From Kofleriaceae bacterium (lineage in GTDB: Bacteria; Myxococcota_A; Polyangia; Haliangiales; Haliangiaceae): a DNA stretch of 64,000 nt. Every line of letters starts with the position of its first letter. The stretch's first letter is position 1. A model generated the notes under the pieces. It was given only the letters and a program-made list of their open reading frames with translations, was not told the origin of the DNA and ran no database searches. Of this stretch, positions 10,093-26,803 are shown in pieces. Made by a program: the position numbers and the translations under genes. Location: NCBI GenBank assembly GCA_020633495.1, contig JACKDR010000001.1:118105-182104 (forward strand), given 5' to 3'.

Positions 10093-11508
10093 GTGCCGCC
10101 GTCGCCCCGCTACCGCCCCGATCCTCGCCACCCGAGCCTGGGCGACGAGGTCTTCGACGTCGTCACCGCGGCGCGGTTCCCGACCCTGACCCTGCGCTAC
10201 CGCAACCAGCGCTGGGCGGCGCGGGTCGGCCTCGACACCCTCACCGACGACGAGTGGCAGGCCCACTTCGGCCGCTTCGAGCCGCTGCCCGACAACCTGG
10301 CCGCGCCGCTGGCGCTGCGCTACCACGGCCACCAGTTCCGCACCTACAACCCGGCGCTGGGCGACGGCCGCGGCTTCCTGTTCGCGCAGCTCCGCGATGA
10401 CGACGACCGCCTGCTCGACCTCGCGACCAAGGGCAGCGGCCAGACCCCGTGGTCGCGCGGCGGCGACGGCCGGCTCACCCTCAAGGGCGGCGTCCGCGAG
10501 GTCCTCGCCACCGAGCTGCTCGAGGCGCTCGGCGTGCCGACCTCGAAGACCTTCAGCCTGTTCGAGACCGGCGAGGCGCTGCGCCGCAACGACGAGCCGT
10601 CGCCGACCCGCGCCAGCGTGCTGGTCCGCCTCGGCCACTCCCACGTCCGCTTCGGCAGCTTCCAGCGCCTCGCCTACCTCGGCGACCGCCGGACCCTGCG
10701 CGCGCTGGTCGGCTACGCGCTGGCGCACTACGCCCCCGAGCTGTGCCACCTCGACGACGGCGACGCCGCGCCGGCGCTGCTGCGCCTGGTGATCGCGCGC
10801 TCGGCGCGGCTGTGCGCGGCGTGGATGGCGGCGGGCTTCGTCCACGGCGTCCTCAACACCGACAACCTCAACGTCACCGGCGAGTCGTTCGACTACGGCC
10901 CGTACCGGCTGCTGCCGGTGCTCGACCCCGGCTTCACCGCGGCCTACTTCGACCACGGCGGCCTGTACGCGTACGGCGCCCAGCCCGAGGCGGTGCGCTG
11001 GGCCCTCGAGCAGCTCGCCGGCGCGCTCGAGGTGCTGGCGCCCGACCGCGACCTCGGCCGGCTGGTCGCCGGCTTCGAGCCGGCCTACCAGCGCGCGCTC
11101 GACGCCGCGGTGATCGCGCGCCTCGGCCTGGCGTCGCGCGGCGCCCTGCCCGACCGGCTGCTGCGCACCGGCGTGCTGCAGCTCGTGCACGACAGCCAGC
11201 TGCCGTTCGAGCGCCTGTTCTTCGACGGCTATGGCGGCGCCGCCGCGGCGGCGCGGCTGGCCCGCAGTCCGGAGGCGAGCGCGTACCGGGGCCGCGCCGC
11301 CCGCGCCGTGCTCGACGAGCTGACGGCCTTCGCGCCGCGCCCGACCGCGCGCCTCGATCACCCGTACTTCGCCGACGCCGCGCCGTGCACGCTGCTGATC
11401 GACGAGCTCGAGGCGCTGTGGGCGCCGATCGCGACCCGCGACGACTGGGCGCCGCTCGAGGCCAAGCTGGTCGCGATCCGCCGCATGGGCGACGCGCTCG
11501 CCGGCTGA
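10093..11508 (+). CDS. selO: protein adenylyltransferase SelO (YdiU/UPF0061 family)
   Basis: Diagnostic SelO motifs are present (LGHSHVRFGSF, HGVLNTDNLNVTGESFDYGPY). GTG 10093 is in frame. The upstream part of ORF 8581..11508 is junk. Confidence 0.8.
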   Translation: MPPSPRYRPDPRHPSLGDEVFDVVTAARFPTLTLRYRNQRWAARVGLDTLTDDEWQAHFGRFEPLPDNLAAPLALRYHGHQFRTYNPALGDGRGFLFAQLRDDDDRLLDLATKGSGQTPWSRGGDGRLTLKGGVREVLATELLEALGVPTSKTFSLFETGEALRRNDEPSPTRASVLVRLGHSHVRFGSFQRLAYLGDRRTLRALVGYALAHYAPELCHLDDGDAAPALLRLVIARSARLCAAWMAAGFVHGVLNTDNLNVTGESFDYGPYRLLPVLDPGFTAAYFDHGGLYAYGAQPEAVRWALEQLAGALEVLAPDRDLGRLVAGFEPAYQRALDAAVIARLGLASRGALPDRLLRTGVLQLVHDSQLPFERLFFDGYGGAAAAARLARSPEASAYRGRAARAVLDELTAFAPRPTARLDHPYFADAAPCTLLIDELEALWAPIATRDDWAPLEAKLVAIRRMGDALAG

Positions 11509-11532
11509 TCGCCGGGCGCGCGCCCGGTCGCG

Positions 11533-13442
11533 TCACGCCCGCGCGTCGGCGCCGCCGTGGCGACGCACGAGCGCGAGGATGTCGTCGCCGAAGCGCTCGA
11601 TCTTGGCCGGGCCGAGCCCGGGGATCCGCGCCAGGGCCTCACGGGTCGCCGGCCGCAGCCGGTCGATCGCGGTGATGACGCGCTGCTGGAACACCATGTA
11701 CGACTTCCACTGCAGCTTGCGCGCCATGGTCCGGCGGTAGCGATCGAGCTCGCGCGCGACGTCGCTGGTGCGGGCCCGCGCGCCACGCGCGCGGTGCGGG
11801 GCGCGCGCGCCGCGCCGACCGCGCCGACGCCGCGGGCCTCGGCGGCGCGGGCGTCCTCGGCGCGGACCGGCTTGCCGGCCAGCCACACCGTCGGGTACTT
11901 GCGGCCGCGGCGCTCGAGGCGGCGCGCCGCGATCAGCGCCTCGATGGTCGCGACGATCGCGGCCTCGTCGTGATCGCGCAGCCGGCCGTACTCGGGCAGC
12001 TGCAGCAGGCCGCCCTGCGACAGCGACTTGGCGCGGCTGCCGCGCAGCGCCCGCGCCAGGTTGCCCTTGCCCACCGGCCGGCGCAGGCGGCCGACCGCGT
12101 CGAGGATGATCTGCCGGACGTCGTCGCCCAGCGGCGCCGCGGCGACGGCCGCCGCCGGCGCCTCGAGCGCGTCGGCGAGGACGTCGGGCTCGGCGCAGGC
12201 GTCGCACCGGCCGCACGCGGCGTGGTCGTCGCGGCCGGTGAAGTGCGCGCACAAGAGGACCTGGCGGCACCGCGTGGCCCGGGCGTAGCGCTCGACCGCG
12301 GCCAGCGCGTCCTCGGTGCGCTGCGCGACCGCGGCGCTGGTCGACTTGCCGCTCTGCAAGCGACGCTGGGTCATCAGATCGCCGGGCCCGAACAGCAGCA
12401 GGCACGCGGCCGGATCGCCGTCGCGGCCGGCGCGCCCGGCCTCCTGGTAGTAGGCCTCGAGGCTGCCCGGGGTCTGGAAGTGGACGATCAGGCGCACGTC
12501 GCCGTGGTCGATGCCCATGCCGAACGCGTTGGTCGCGACCAGCACCCGGGTCCGGCCCATCGCGAACGCGGTGTGGGCGCGCTCGCGGGCCAGCGCGGTG
12601 CGGCCGGCGTGGTAGTAGCCGACCGCGAACCCGGCCGACTTGAGCGCGTCGGCCACCAGCTCGGTCTTCTTGCGGGTGCTGCAGTAGATGATGGCGCGGC
12701 CGGCGCCGGCCCCGGCGCGGGCCCGCAGCCCGGCCTGCTCGCACGCCGCGATCACCGCCGCGATCCGGGCGCTGTCGGCGCCGAGGTGGCGGACCGCGAA
12801 GCGCAGGTTGGGCCGCGCGAAGTCGCCGCGCACGATCGTCGGCGCCCGCAGCCGCAGCGACGCGACGATCTCGTCCATGACCCGCGGCGTCGCGGTGGCG
12901 GTCAGCGCGATCGTCGGGACGTCGACGACGTCGCGCAGCTCGTGCAGCCGCAGGTACTCGGGCCGGAAGTCGTGGCCCCACTGGCTCAGGCAGTGGGCCT
13001 CGTCGATCGCCAGCAGCGCGATCGGCACCCGGGTCAGCATGCGCTGGAAGCTGGCCAGCGCGGCGCGCTCCGGCGACACGTAGAGCAGCGCCAGCTCGCC
13101 GGCGAGGAACCGCGCGATCACGGCGCGCTGCTCGTCGTCGTCCTGGTGGCTGTGGATCGCCGCGGCGGCGACGCCGCGGCCGCACAGCGCCGCGACCTGG
13201 TCGTTCATCAGCGCGATCAGTGGCGACACGACGATCGTCGTGCCGCGCCCGGCGGCGAACGCGGTCACCGCCGGGACCTGGAAGCACAGCGACTTGCCGG
13301 CGCCGGTCGGCAGCAGCACCGCGGCGTCGCCGCCGGCCAGCACGGCGTCGACCGCGGCGCCCTGGCCGGGCCGGAAGTCGGCGTGGCCGAAGGTGTCGCG
13401 CAGGGTGCGCCGCGCGTCGACCGCCGGGACGACCTCGATCAT
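11533..13442 (-). CDS. recQ: ATP-dependent DNA helicase RecQ; HRDC domain lies in a different frame (frameshift near 11785-11800)
   Basis: The helicase motifs are present (LLPTGAGKSLCFQ, DEAHCLSQWGHDFRP, TATAT, RQC Zn-finger CGRCDAC). The frame 11358..13442 decays into junk after ...KPVRAEDARAAEARG. The HRDC domain (ARELDRYRRTMARKLQWKSYMVFQQ...IPGLGPAKIERFGDDILALV) with its stop is in ORF 11533..13458. The shift maps to a GGCGCGCGCGCC tract. Confidence 0.7.
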
Positions 13443-13511
13443 CGTGTCTTGCTAGCACGAGGGGCCGACAGCTCCCGCGGCGGTCGCGGCGCGGCGTGCT
13501 AGCGTCCCGCC

Positions 13512-14267
13512 ATGGGAGCCGATCTGATCGGGTGGCGTCCGTGTCCGCTGCAGGCCGAGCTCGATCCGGCCGGGTTTCTCGGCAAGCTCAAGCTACGGGC
13601 CTACCGGGGCGCGATCGAGGCCCAGGTGCCGCCCGAGGGCCGCGCCGCGGTCAAGCTGACCGTCGAGGTCACGGGTCGGCCGCCGCGGCAGCTCTCCTAC
13701 CCGCAGATCGTCGACGAGCTCGACGCCTTCGAGCGCGGCATCCCCGAGTGCGCGACCTGCCCGCTGGCCGGCGGCCGCCCGCTCGGCTGCTACCACTACG
13801 TCACCTACCCCGTCGACGAGGCCGCCGAGGAGCTGCTGTTCGCCTTCTTCACCCAGGCGTCGCAGGTCGAGACCCGCGACTCGATCTCCGACCAGCTCTA
13901 CCGCGACCTGGTGTCGAAGGTGCCGTCGTCGGGCACCGGCTGGCACACCAGGCGCGGCCCGGGGTCGCGCACCGCGCCCAGCCTGGCGGTGCGGGCCCAC
14001 CCGCTGCGCCACCAGTGGGGCCGCATGTTCGCCCGCAAGAAGGTCGACAGCGCCCAGCTGCTCAAGGCGCTGTTCATCTCGCTGGGCTCGCTGCCCCTGG
14101 TCGCCGCGTACGCGCGGTTCTGGACCGAGTTCGTCGCGTTCGCGACCGCGCGCGGCGCGTCCGCCGAGACCTCGCGCACGCTCGGCGAGCTGTTCGCGCT
14201 GCAGCCGATGATGCTGCAGCTGGTCGCGCTCGCGCCCGACGGCGCGCAGCTAATCGCCGACGCGTAG
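13512..14267 (+). CDS. hypothetical protein with a CxxC...C cluster
   Basis: The ORF is clean and protein-like (ECATCPLAGGRPLGCYHY). No family was recognised. Confidence 0.45.
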   Translation: MGADLIGWRPCPLQAELDPAGFLGKLKLRAYRGAIEAQVPPEGRAAVKLTVEVTGRPPRQLSYPQIVDELDAFERGIPECATCPLAGGRPLGCYHYVTYPVDEAAEELLFAFFTQASQVETRDSISDQLYRDLVSKVPSSGTGWHTRRGPGSRTAPSLAVRAHPLRHQWGRMFARKKVDSAQLLKALFISLGSLPLVAAYARFWTEFVAFATARGASAETSRTLGELFALQPMMLQLVALAPDGAQLIADA

Positions 14268-14277
14268 CGGCGGTGGC

Positions 14278-16245
14278 TCAGCGGCTCATGAAGAACGACG
14301 CCAGGAGCACGAACGGGCCCTGGTAGCTGTCGCTGGGCTCGGTGATCTCCCACGACGACGCCTGGCAGGTCGCGCCGTCCCAGTCGCAGCCGACCGAGAA
14401 GTCGCGGTACGCGTACGCGGGGTAGGTCCGGCTCGGCAGCTCGTAGCCGCCGCTGTAGTAGAAGTTGGGCCCGCCGGGGACGATGCCCGGCGCCGGGCCG
14501 TCGGTCGACGTCTGATCGTCGCCGGTGAAGTACGGGTACAGCGGCTCGTCGACGCCGGCCGGCTTGCCGTCGTAGCTGGCGTTGCCGTGGTCGCCGTCGG
14601 CGCCGGTGTAGCTGAACCACGCGTGGTAGATGTGGAACGACGAGTGCTCGCCGCCGTACGCGGCCATGTTGGTCAGGTAGACCATCGACAGCGGGTTGGC
14701 GCCGAGCATGTAGTGGAGGTGGCGCTCCGCGAGGTCGACGACGTCGGCCTCGGCGTGGCCGCCGAGGATGCCGAAGTGGGCCGCCATCATCAGGTTGGCG
14801 CCGTACATGCTCTGGGCCCGGTTCGAGCCCCAGCTCCAGTCCCAGCCGTTGCCGGGGCCGCCGAACATGCCGCCGTAGGCGCCGGCCTCGGCGAAGGCGC
14901 CGTCGACGATGACGGCGGCGACGCCGGTCTCGATCGCGGTGGTGACCGCGGCGTCGCCGCCGGCGGCCATCAGGTAGTGCCAGGCGCCGGCGGCGATCAC
15001 GCCCTCACCGGGGGTCGCGCCGCCGAGCTGGCCGTCCCAGGTCGACCACGCGAAGCCCTCGGCGACGGTGCGCGCGGTCGCGATCGTCGGGTCGAGGCGC
15101 AGCATCGCGGCGGCGGCGGCGGCGCGGAGCCGGCGCTCGCCGGCGTTGCCCGGGCTCGCGGCGGCCAGCCAGGTCCAGCCGGCGCGCGCCGCGGCGCCGT
15201 AGCGCGCGGCCGCGACGTCGTCGATGCCGGCGTACACCACCGCGGCGTGGGCCAGGCACAGCACGGCGTTGCCGGTGGCCTCGGCGATCGTCGTGCCGCC
15301 GCCGGACCAGCCGTCGCCCGACGGCGCGGTGGCGTCGAAGTAGACCCGGCCCTCGTCGGAGGCGCTCGGCGGCGACACCACGGTGCCGTCGCGGCCCTTG
15401 ACCGAGGTCATGAAGTGGCCGTCGGGGCGCTGCATGCGGACGTAGAAGTCGAGCTCCCAGCCGATCTCGTCGAGCAGATCGGGGACGCCGTTGCCGCTCT
15501 CGGGCAGGTCGAGCTGATCGTCGGTCCACGCCCCGGGGTTGAGCTCGTACGCGAACAGCAGCTCGGGGACGCCTCGCCCCCACAGCGTCTTCTGGTAGTC
15601 GCCGGCGTCGTGCCAGCCGCCGTGGACGTCGAGCGCGCCGTGGTCGGCCGAGCCGGGCCCGGCCGGCGCGGCGTCGTCGCCGGCGTGGCAGCGGCCGTCG
15701 ACCCAGCTGGCGCCGCGGCCCGGCGCCGGGCCCAGCGCGTCGCCGGCGAACGGCAGCGCCTTGTCGTGGTTGCAGCGCTGGAAGTAGTAGCTCTTGGCCG
15801 CGGCCAGGCCGGCGAGGTCGAACGCGCGCTCGCCGATGGTGAACCGGTACGAGCGGACGTCGTCGTCGGGCAGGTACAGGTAGTAGTCGGCGGCCGCGGT
15901 GACCTCGGAGAAGTCGACGGTGGCGACCTGATCGCCGGAGTCCTCGTCGGTGGTCAGCCCGCTGGCGGTGAAGGTCGCGACCGTGACGCCGTCGGCGGCG
16001 CGCCGCAGCTCGACGGTGGCGCCGGCGTGGCCGAGCAGGACCGCGACCTTGCGATCACCGGGGCGCCAGCCGAAATGATCGACGCGGAGGTCGGCGCTGA
16101 TCGCGCCGGCCGGCGGCACCTCGTTGGCGTCGGGCGTCGCCGGCGCGGCGTCGACGACGTCGTCGTCCCCGGAGCCGCCGCCCCCGCCGCAGCCGACCAG
16201 CAAGACCAGAGCGAGCGCCGCACGTCGGGACATGCGCGGGAGCAT
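14278..16245 (-). CDS. glycoside hydrolase family 9 (endoglucanase-like) lipoprotein
   Basis: The GH9 signature HGGWHDAGDYQK is present, with an (alpha/alpha)6-like sequence and a C-terminal domain. The predicted start MLPRMSRRAALALVLLVGCGG (Met at 16245) has a lipobox. The upstream 73 codons of the ORF are Arg/Pro junk. Confidence 0.7.
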   Translation of the reverse strand: MLPRMSRRAALALVLLVGCGGGGGSGDDDVVDAAPATPDANEVPPAGAISADLRVDHFGWRPGDRKVAVLLGHAGATVELRRAADGVTVATFTASGLTTDEDSGDQVATVDFSEVTAAADYYLYLPDDDVRSYRFTIGERAFDLAGLAAAKSYYFQRCNHDKALPFAGDALGPAPGRGASWVDGRCHAGDDAAPAGPGSADHGALDVHGGWHDAGDYQKTLWGRGVPELLFAYELNPGAWTDDQLDLPESGNGVPDLLDEIGWELDFYVRMQRPDGHFMTSVKGRDGTVVSPPSASDEGRVYFDATAPSGDGWSGGGTTIAEATGNAVLCLAHAAVVYAGIDDVAAARYGAAARAGWTWLAAASPGNAGERRLRAAAAAAMLRLDPTIATARTVAEGFAWSTWDGQLGGATPGEGVIAAGAWHYLMAAGGDAAVTTAIETGVAAVIVDGAFAEAGAYGGMFGGPGNGWDWSWGSNRAQSMYGANLMMAAHFGILGGHAEADVVDLAERHLHYMLGANPLSMVYLTNMAAYGGEHSSFHIYHAWFSYTGADGDHGNASYDGKPAGVDEPLYPYFTGDDQTSTDGPAPGIVPGGPNFYYSGGYELPSRTYPAYAYRDFSVGCDWDGATCQASSWEITEPSDSYQGPFVLLASFFMSR

Positions 16246-16271
16246 CGCACGCGGCCGCGCCGCGGCGGCGA

Positions 16272-17940
16272 TCAGAATGGTGCCGGCACCTCGACCTCGA
16301 CGCGCCGCCCGGTGTGGGGGTGGGCGAACGCGAGCGCCTCGGCGTGCAGGCGCAGCCGGGCGCCGTCGCGGCCGTACAGACGATCGCCCTCGATCGGCGC
16401 GCCCAGGCCGCGCGGGTGGGCGGCGTGGACCCGCAGCTGGTGGGTGCGGCCGGTGTGCGGCCACAGCGCGACCCGGGTCCGGCCCGGCGCCCGTGCCAGC
16501 ACCCGCCAGGTCGTGATCGCGCGCTTGCCGTGGACGTCGTCGACGATCTGGCGGGGCCGGTCGTCGAGATCCACGCGCAGCGGCAGCGCGATCTCGCCGG
16601 CGTCACCGGCGACCTCGCCGTCGAGCCACGCGACGTAGCGCTTGGTGATCTCGCGGCGCGCGAAGCCCCGCTGCAGGGCCGCGTGGGTGTCGGCGTCGAG
16701 CGCGACCAGCATCACGCCCGAGGTGTCGAGGTCGAGGCGGTGCACGATCATCGGGCCGCCGGCGTCGGGGTAGCGAGCGCGCAGCCGGGTCTGCACCGAG
16801 TCGCGCAGCTGGGCGTGGCGCCCCGGCACCGACAGCAGGCCGCACGGCTTGTCGACGACCAGCAGCCAGCGGTCGGCGTGGATCACCCGGGGCGCGTCGG
16901 CGGGCACCGGCTCGGCGCCGAACAGCGGCGCCGGCTCGGCGTCGAGGCCGTCGAGCATGTGGGCGAGGATCGGGCCGCACTTGCCGCGGCACGCCGGGTA
17001 GAACTGGCCGGCGTGGCGACCGCCGGCCGGCGGCGGCGCGCCCCACCACAGCTCGGCGAGCGCCAGCGGCCGCAGCCCGTGCCGGTAGGCGTGCGCGAGC
17101 AGCTTGGGCGCGGCGCAGTCGCCAGCGCCGCCGGGCGGCTCGTCGGGGGCGAAGACGTCGCGCAGGGCCCGGTGCGCGCGCGCGCGCGCTCGGCACCGCG
17201 TAGGTGTCGTAGATGCCGTGCAGGAGCTGCCGCGACGCGCGCGGCGCGCCGCGCCGCCACGTCGTCGGCGGCGGCGTCGAGGTCGGCGACCCGGGCGGCC
17301 AGCGCGCGCGCGCCTCGAGGTGCGCGGCGTCGAGCCGGCGACGCTCGGCGGTGTCAGCGCGGCTGGCCTGGTCGAGGGCGTGGCGGGCGTCGGCGGCCGC
17401 GGCGCCGTCGTCGTCGCCGAGCGCGCGCCGCGACGCACGCCGGTCGGCGCGACGGGCCAGGTGGCGCGCCCGCATCGTCGCGACCGCGGCGGCGTGGTCG
17501 GCGTCGAGCGCGGCCAGCGCGGCGCGCGCCGCGACCGCGGCGGCGCCGTCGACGAGCGCGGCGTGGTCGGCGGCCAGCTCGGCCAGCTCTGGCCTCGCCG
17601 GCCGGCCAGAACGCGTCGCGCGCCGCGACGTCGAACGCGGCGGCACGAAGCCGTCGACCTGCCAGCGGCCGGCGAGCATGCCGGAGAAGCCGGCGAGGTA
17701 GCCGACCCGGCCGTCGCGCGCCGCGACCACCAGGACACCGAACATCTTGCCGCCGCCGGGCGCCGCCAGCGCCGCGCCGACCTCGGCGCCGCCGAGCCGA
17801 CCGTCGCGCAGCCGCGCGATCAGGTCGTCGGCGGCGCGCCGCGCCAGCGGGTGCGGCGCGCCGGTCGCGAACGGGCTGGGCAGCCGCGCCGGCGCCGCGG
17901 CGAGCGCGGGCGGTGGATCGAGGTACGTCACGAGGTCCAT
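16272..17940 (-). CDS. RluA-family pseudouridine synthase with N-terminal extension; interrupted by at least 3 frameshifts
   Basis: The N-terminus (MDLVTYLDPP...GKMFGVLVVAARDGRVGYLAGFSGMLAGRWQVDGFVPP) and the middle (ELAELAADHAALV...RRRLDAAHLEARARW, then LLHGIYDTYAVP) lie in ORF 16603..18495. The catalytic domain (HRLDLDTSGVMLVA...RVLARAPGRTRVALWPHTGRTHQLRVH) lies in ORF 16272..17738. Two of the junctions sit in (GC)8 at 17175-17192 and (GC)6 at 17303-17316. Confidence 0.6.
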
Positions 17941-17984
17941 GCGGCGCCGGGCAGGGTGCCACAGCGCGAGCGCCGTGGCCGCCG

Positions 17985-18479
17985 TCAGCGACCGTCGCCG
18001 CGCCGCGCCGCGAACCGGGCCCGGGTGTCGGGCGACGCCCCCGGCCCGGGGCGCAGCTCGAGCTCGCGCGCGCCCAGCGGCGCGCCGTCGTCGCCGACGA
18101 TGCGCAGCCGCGGGATCGGCCGGCCGGTCCGACGGTCGATCACCTGCACCGGCTCGTGGCCGTCGCCGTAGATCCAGCGGTCGCCCCACTGCCACAGCGC
18201 GGTCAGCACGGTGGCCAGGTCCTTGCCCATCGCGGTCAGCTCGTACTCGTGACGGCTGCCGTGCTGGCCGACCTCGACCCGCGCCAGGACGCCGTGCTCG
18301 ACGAGGTGGCCGAGGCGCTGGGTCAGGATGTTCTTCGAGATGCCGAGGTGGGCCTCGAAGTCGGCGAAGCGCCGGGTGCCGAAGAACGCCTCGCGCACCA
18401 CCAGCAGCGTCCACCAGTCGCCCAGGACCTCGAGGGCCTGGGCGACCGAGCAGTTCTCGTCGGTGAACCGTCGCCGCAT
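17985..18479 (-). CDS. HxlR-family winged-helix transcriptional regulator
   Basis: The sequence MRRRFTDENCSVAQALEVLGDWWTLLVVREAFFGTRRFADF...LTQRL..L...GVL matches the HxlR/MarR-like fold. ATG at 18479-18477 is in frame. The gene is divergent from the molybdopterin oxidoreductase. Confidence 0.75.
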   Translation of the reverse strand: MRRRFTDENCSVAQALEVLGDWWTLLVVREAFFGTRRFADFEAHLGISKNILTQRLGHLVEHGVLARVEVGQHGSRHEYELTAMGKDLATVLTALWQWGDRWIYGDGHEPVQVIDRRTGRPIPRLRIVGDDGAPLGARELELRPGPGASPDTRARFAARRGDGR

Positions 18480-18524
18480 CGCAAAGTAGTTGCATATCGA
18501 GACCAGATTGTCGAGGCTAGCCGC

Positions 18525-20807
<2,283 letters not shown>

Positions 20808-20838
20808 CGCGGCGCCGCCGCCGCGCTACCTTGCCCCG

Positions 20839-21792
20839 ATGTCCGCCGTGACGCGCGCGCACTGGGCCGAGGCCTTCGCGGCGCGAGCGCGCGCGTACTG
20901 GACCGAGGCACGCACCGCCGCCCTCGCCGACGGCAAGCGGCTGCTGCTGCCGCCCGCCGAGGCGGCGCCGCTGTTGCGCGCGCTGGGCCTGCTGCACCGC
21001 GACGCCTCGATGCCACCGACCCAGGCGCGCAAGTACTTCCAGGTCAACCACATGGTGGCGCTGATGCAGCCGGGGCTGCGCGCGCTGCGCGACCGCGGCG
21101 ACACCGTGCGCCTGCTCGACGCCGGCTGCGGGCGGTCGTACCTGTCGCTGCTGCTGGCGTGGTGCGCGCGTCACCGCTGGGGCTACCGGCTCGAGATCCT
21201 CGGCGTCGACCGCGACCCCGCGCTGATCGACACCTGCGCCCGGCGTGCCGCCGACGCCGGCCTCGACGACGTCGCGCGCTTCGAGGCCGCGGCGCTCGAC
21301 CGGCTCGAGGTCACCGAGCGCGTCGACGGCGTGATCGCGCTGCACGCCTGCGACACCGCGACCTGCGACGCGATCGCCCTCGGCGTCCGCCTCGACGCCG
21401 CGCTGATCGCGGTGGCGCCGTGCTGCCAGGCCGAGCTGGCCCGGGGCTGGGCGGCGCTGGCCGCCGCCGGCGCCGCCGGTGCCTTCGCCCCGGTGTGGCG
21501 GTCGCCGCACCTGCGCCGCGAGACCGCCGCCGACGTCACCGACGCGATGCGCGCGGCGCTCTTGCGCGGCGCCGGCTACGACGTCGCGTCGATCGAGTTC
21601 GTGCCCGCCGAGCACACCCGCAAGAACACGCTGATCCGCGCGACCCGGGCCGGTGCCCCGGCCGCCGCGCCCGCCGCCGACGGCGAGGGCGCGCGCCCCG
21701 CCGCCGCCGCCGCCGCGCGCGCCGAGTACGAGGCCCTGGTCGCCGCCACCGGCGGCGTCGGGCTCGCGCTCGCGAGCCGCCTGGCGCGCTGA
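20839..21792 (+). CDS. class I SAM-dependent methyltransferase
   Basis: Motif I LLDAGCGRSYLS is present and the ORF is clean. Confidence 0.6.
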   Translation: MSAVTRAHWAEAFAARARAYWTEARTAALADGKRLLLPPAEAAPLLRALGLLHRDASMPPTQARKYFQVNHMVALMQPGLRALRDRGDTVRLLDAGCGRSYLSLLLAWCARHRWGYRLEILGVDRDPALIDTCARRAADAGLDDVARFEAAALDRLEVTERVDGVIALHACDTATCDAIALGVRLDAALIAVAPCCQAELARGWAALAAAGAAGAFAPVWRSPHLRRETAADVTDAMRAALLRGAGYDVASIEFVPAEHTRKNTLIRATRAGAPAAAPAADGEGARPAAAAAARAEYEALVAATGGVGLALASRLAR

Positions 21793-21795
21793 TCC

Positions 21796-24215
<2,420 letters not shown>

Positions 24216-24324
24216 GCGTGTCCGGCGATCTTAGCGCGGCCGCGCCGCGGCGTCAGTCCTGACCGACGTCGCCGGGGCGGGCGCGACACGCACCTGCACC
24301 GACCCGCGCCGGCGCCGCGAGCCC

Positions 24325-25944
<1,620 letters not shown>

Positions 25945-26086
25945 GGCCGGGCACTCTAGGAGCTGGCCCCCTGCGGGGCCACCCCCTTGTTATCGCATTC
26001 GGGGCGCCTCGCTCCGCCGATCCGACGCCCGCGACGGTGGCCCCGCGACGTTGACGCCCCGTGCGGCCGGTACGTAAGATCCCGAC

Positions 26087-26800
26087 ATGCATGGGATCCG
26101 TAGCTTCGTCGGTGGTGCCCTCGGGATCGCGGCCTCGATCGCGCTGACCGCGCTCGGGCTGACCGGGTGCTTCGAGACACCACAGCCGTCGTGCGCCTTC
26201 CAGTGCGGCGCCGGCGGATCGTGCCCCGACAACTACAGCTGCCGGCCCGACAACATGTGCAAGCTCGCCGGCGTCGCCGACGACTTCGCCTGTCCCAACG
26301 TGCCGACCGGCGGCATCGACGCCGGGCCCGACGCCGAGCCGGCCGACGCCGCCGACGTCGACGCCATGTCCGTCGACGCCATGCCCATCGACGCCGCCCC
26401 GATCGACGCGATGCCGATCGACGCGATGCCCATCGACGCCATGCCCATCGACGCCATGCCCATCGACGCGGCGCCGGCGGCGCTGACGATCACGACCGCG
26501 TCGCCGCTGGCGTTCGGGCAGCAGACGGTCGCGACCACCGCGATGATGACCGTCGACGTCAGCAACAGCGGTGGCGTCGCGACCTCGGCGATCACCGTCG
26601 GCATCAGCGGCGACGCCGAGTTCAGCCTGGTCGCCGGCGGCTCCGACACCTGCAGCACCCAGACCCTGGCGCCGGCCGCGACCTGCCACTTCGACGTCAG
26701 CTTCACGCCCGCCACGACGACGACGTACACCGGGCTGGTCACGGTGTCCGCCACCACCGGCGGCGCCCCGATGATCGCGGTCACCGGCGAGGGCATCTAG
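26087..26800 (+). CDS. lipoprotein with (P-I-D-A-M/A) pentapeptide repeats and C-terminal beta-sandwich-like domain
   Basis: The N-terminus has a signal peptide with lipobox LTGC. Residues 100-130 read VDAMPIDAAPIDAMPIDAMPIDAMPIDAMPIDAAP. These are encoded by tandem 15-nt repeats at about 26380-26470. Confidence 0.6.
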   Translation: MHGIRSFVGGALGIAASIALTALGLTGCFETPQPSCAFQCGAGGSCPDNYSCRPDNMCKLAGVADDFACPNVPTGGIDAGPDAEPADAADVDAMSVDAMPIDAAPIDAMPIDAMPIDAMPIDAMPIDAAPAALTITTASPLAFGQQTVATTAMMTVDVSNSGGVATSAITVGISGDAEFSLVAGGSDTCSTQTLAPAATCHFDVSFTPATTTTYTGLVTVSATTGGAPMIAVTGEGI

Positions 26801-26803
26801 GCG

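Noticed and set aside
14587-16638. 683-aa plus-strand ORF antisense to the GH9 gene
   Set aside because: The composition is low-complexity Gly/Ala/Arg/Val with no motifs. The opposite strand encodes a bona fide GH9 signature.
16314-18524. The first roughly 737 codons of the 1497-aa ORF 16314..20807
   Set aside because: Only the part from Met 18525 (the CxxCxxxC MopB start) is protein-like. The upstream stretch is Arg/Pro/Ala junk that overlaps the RluA and HxlR genes on the other strand.
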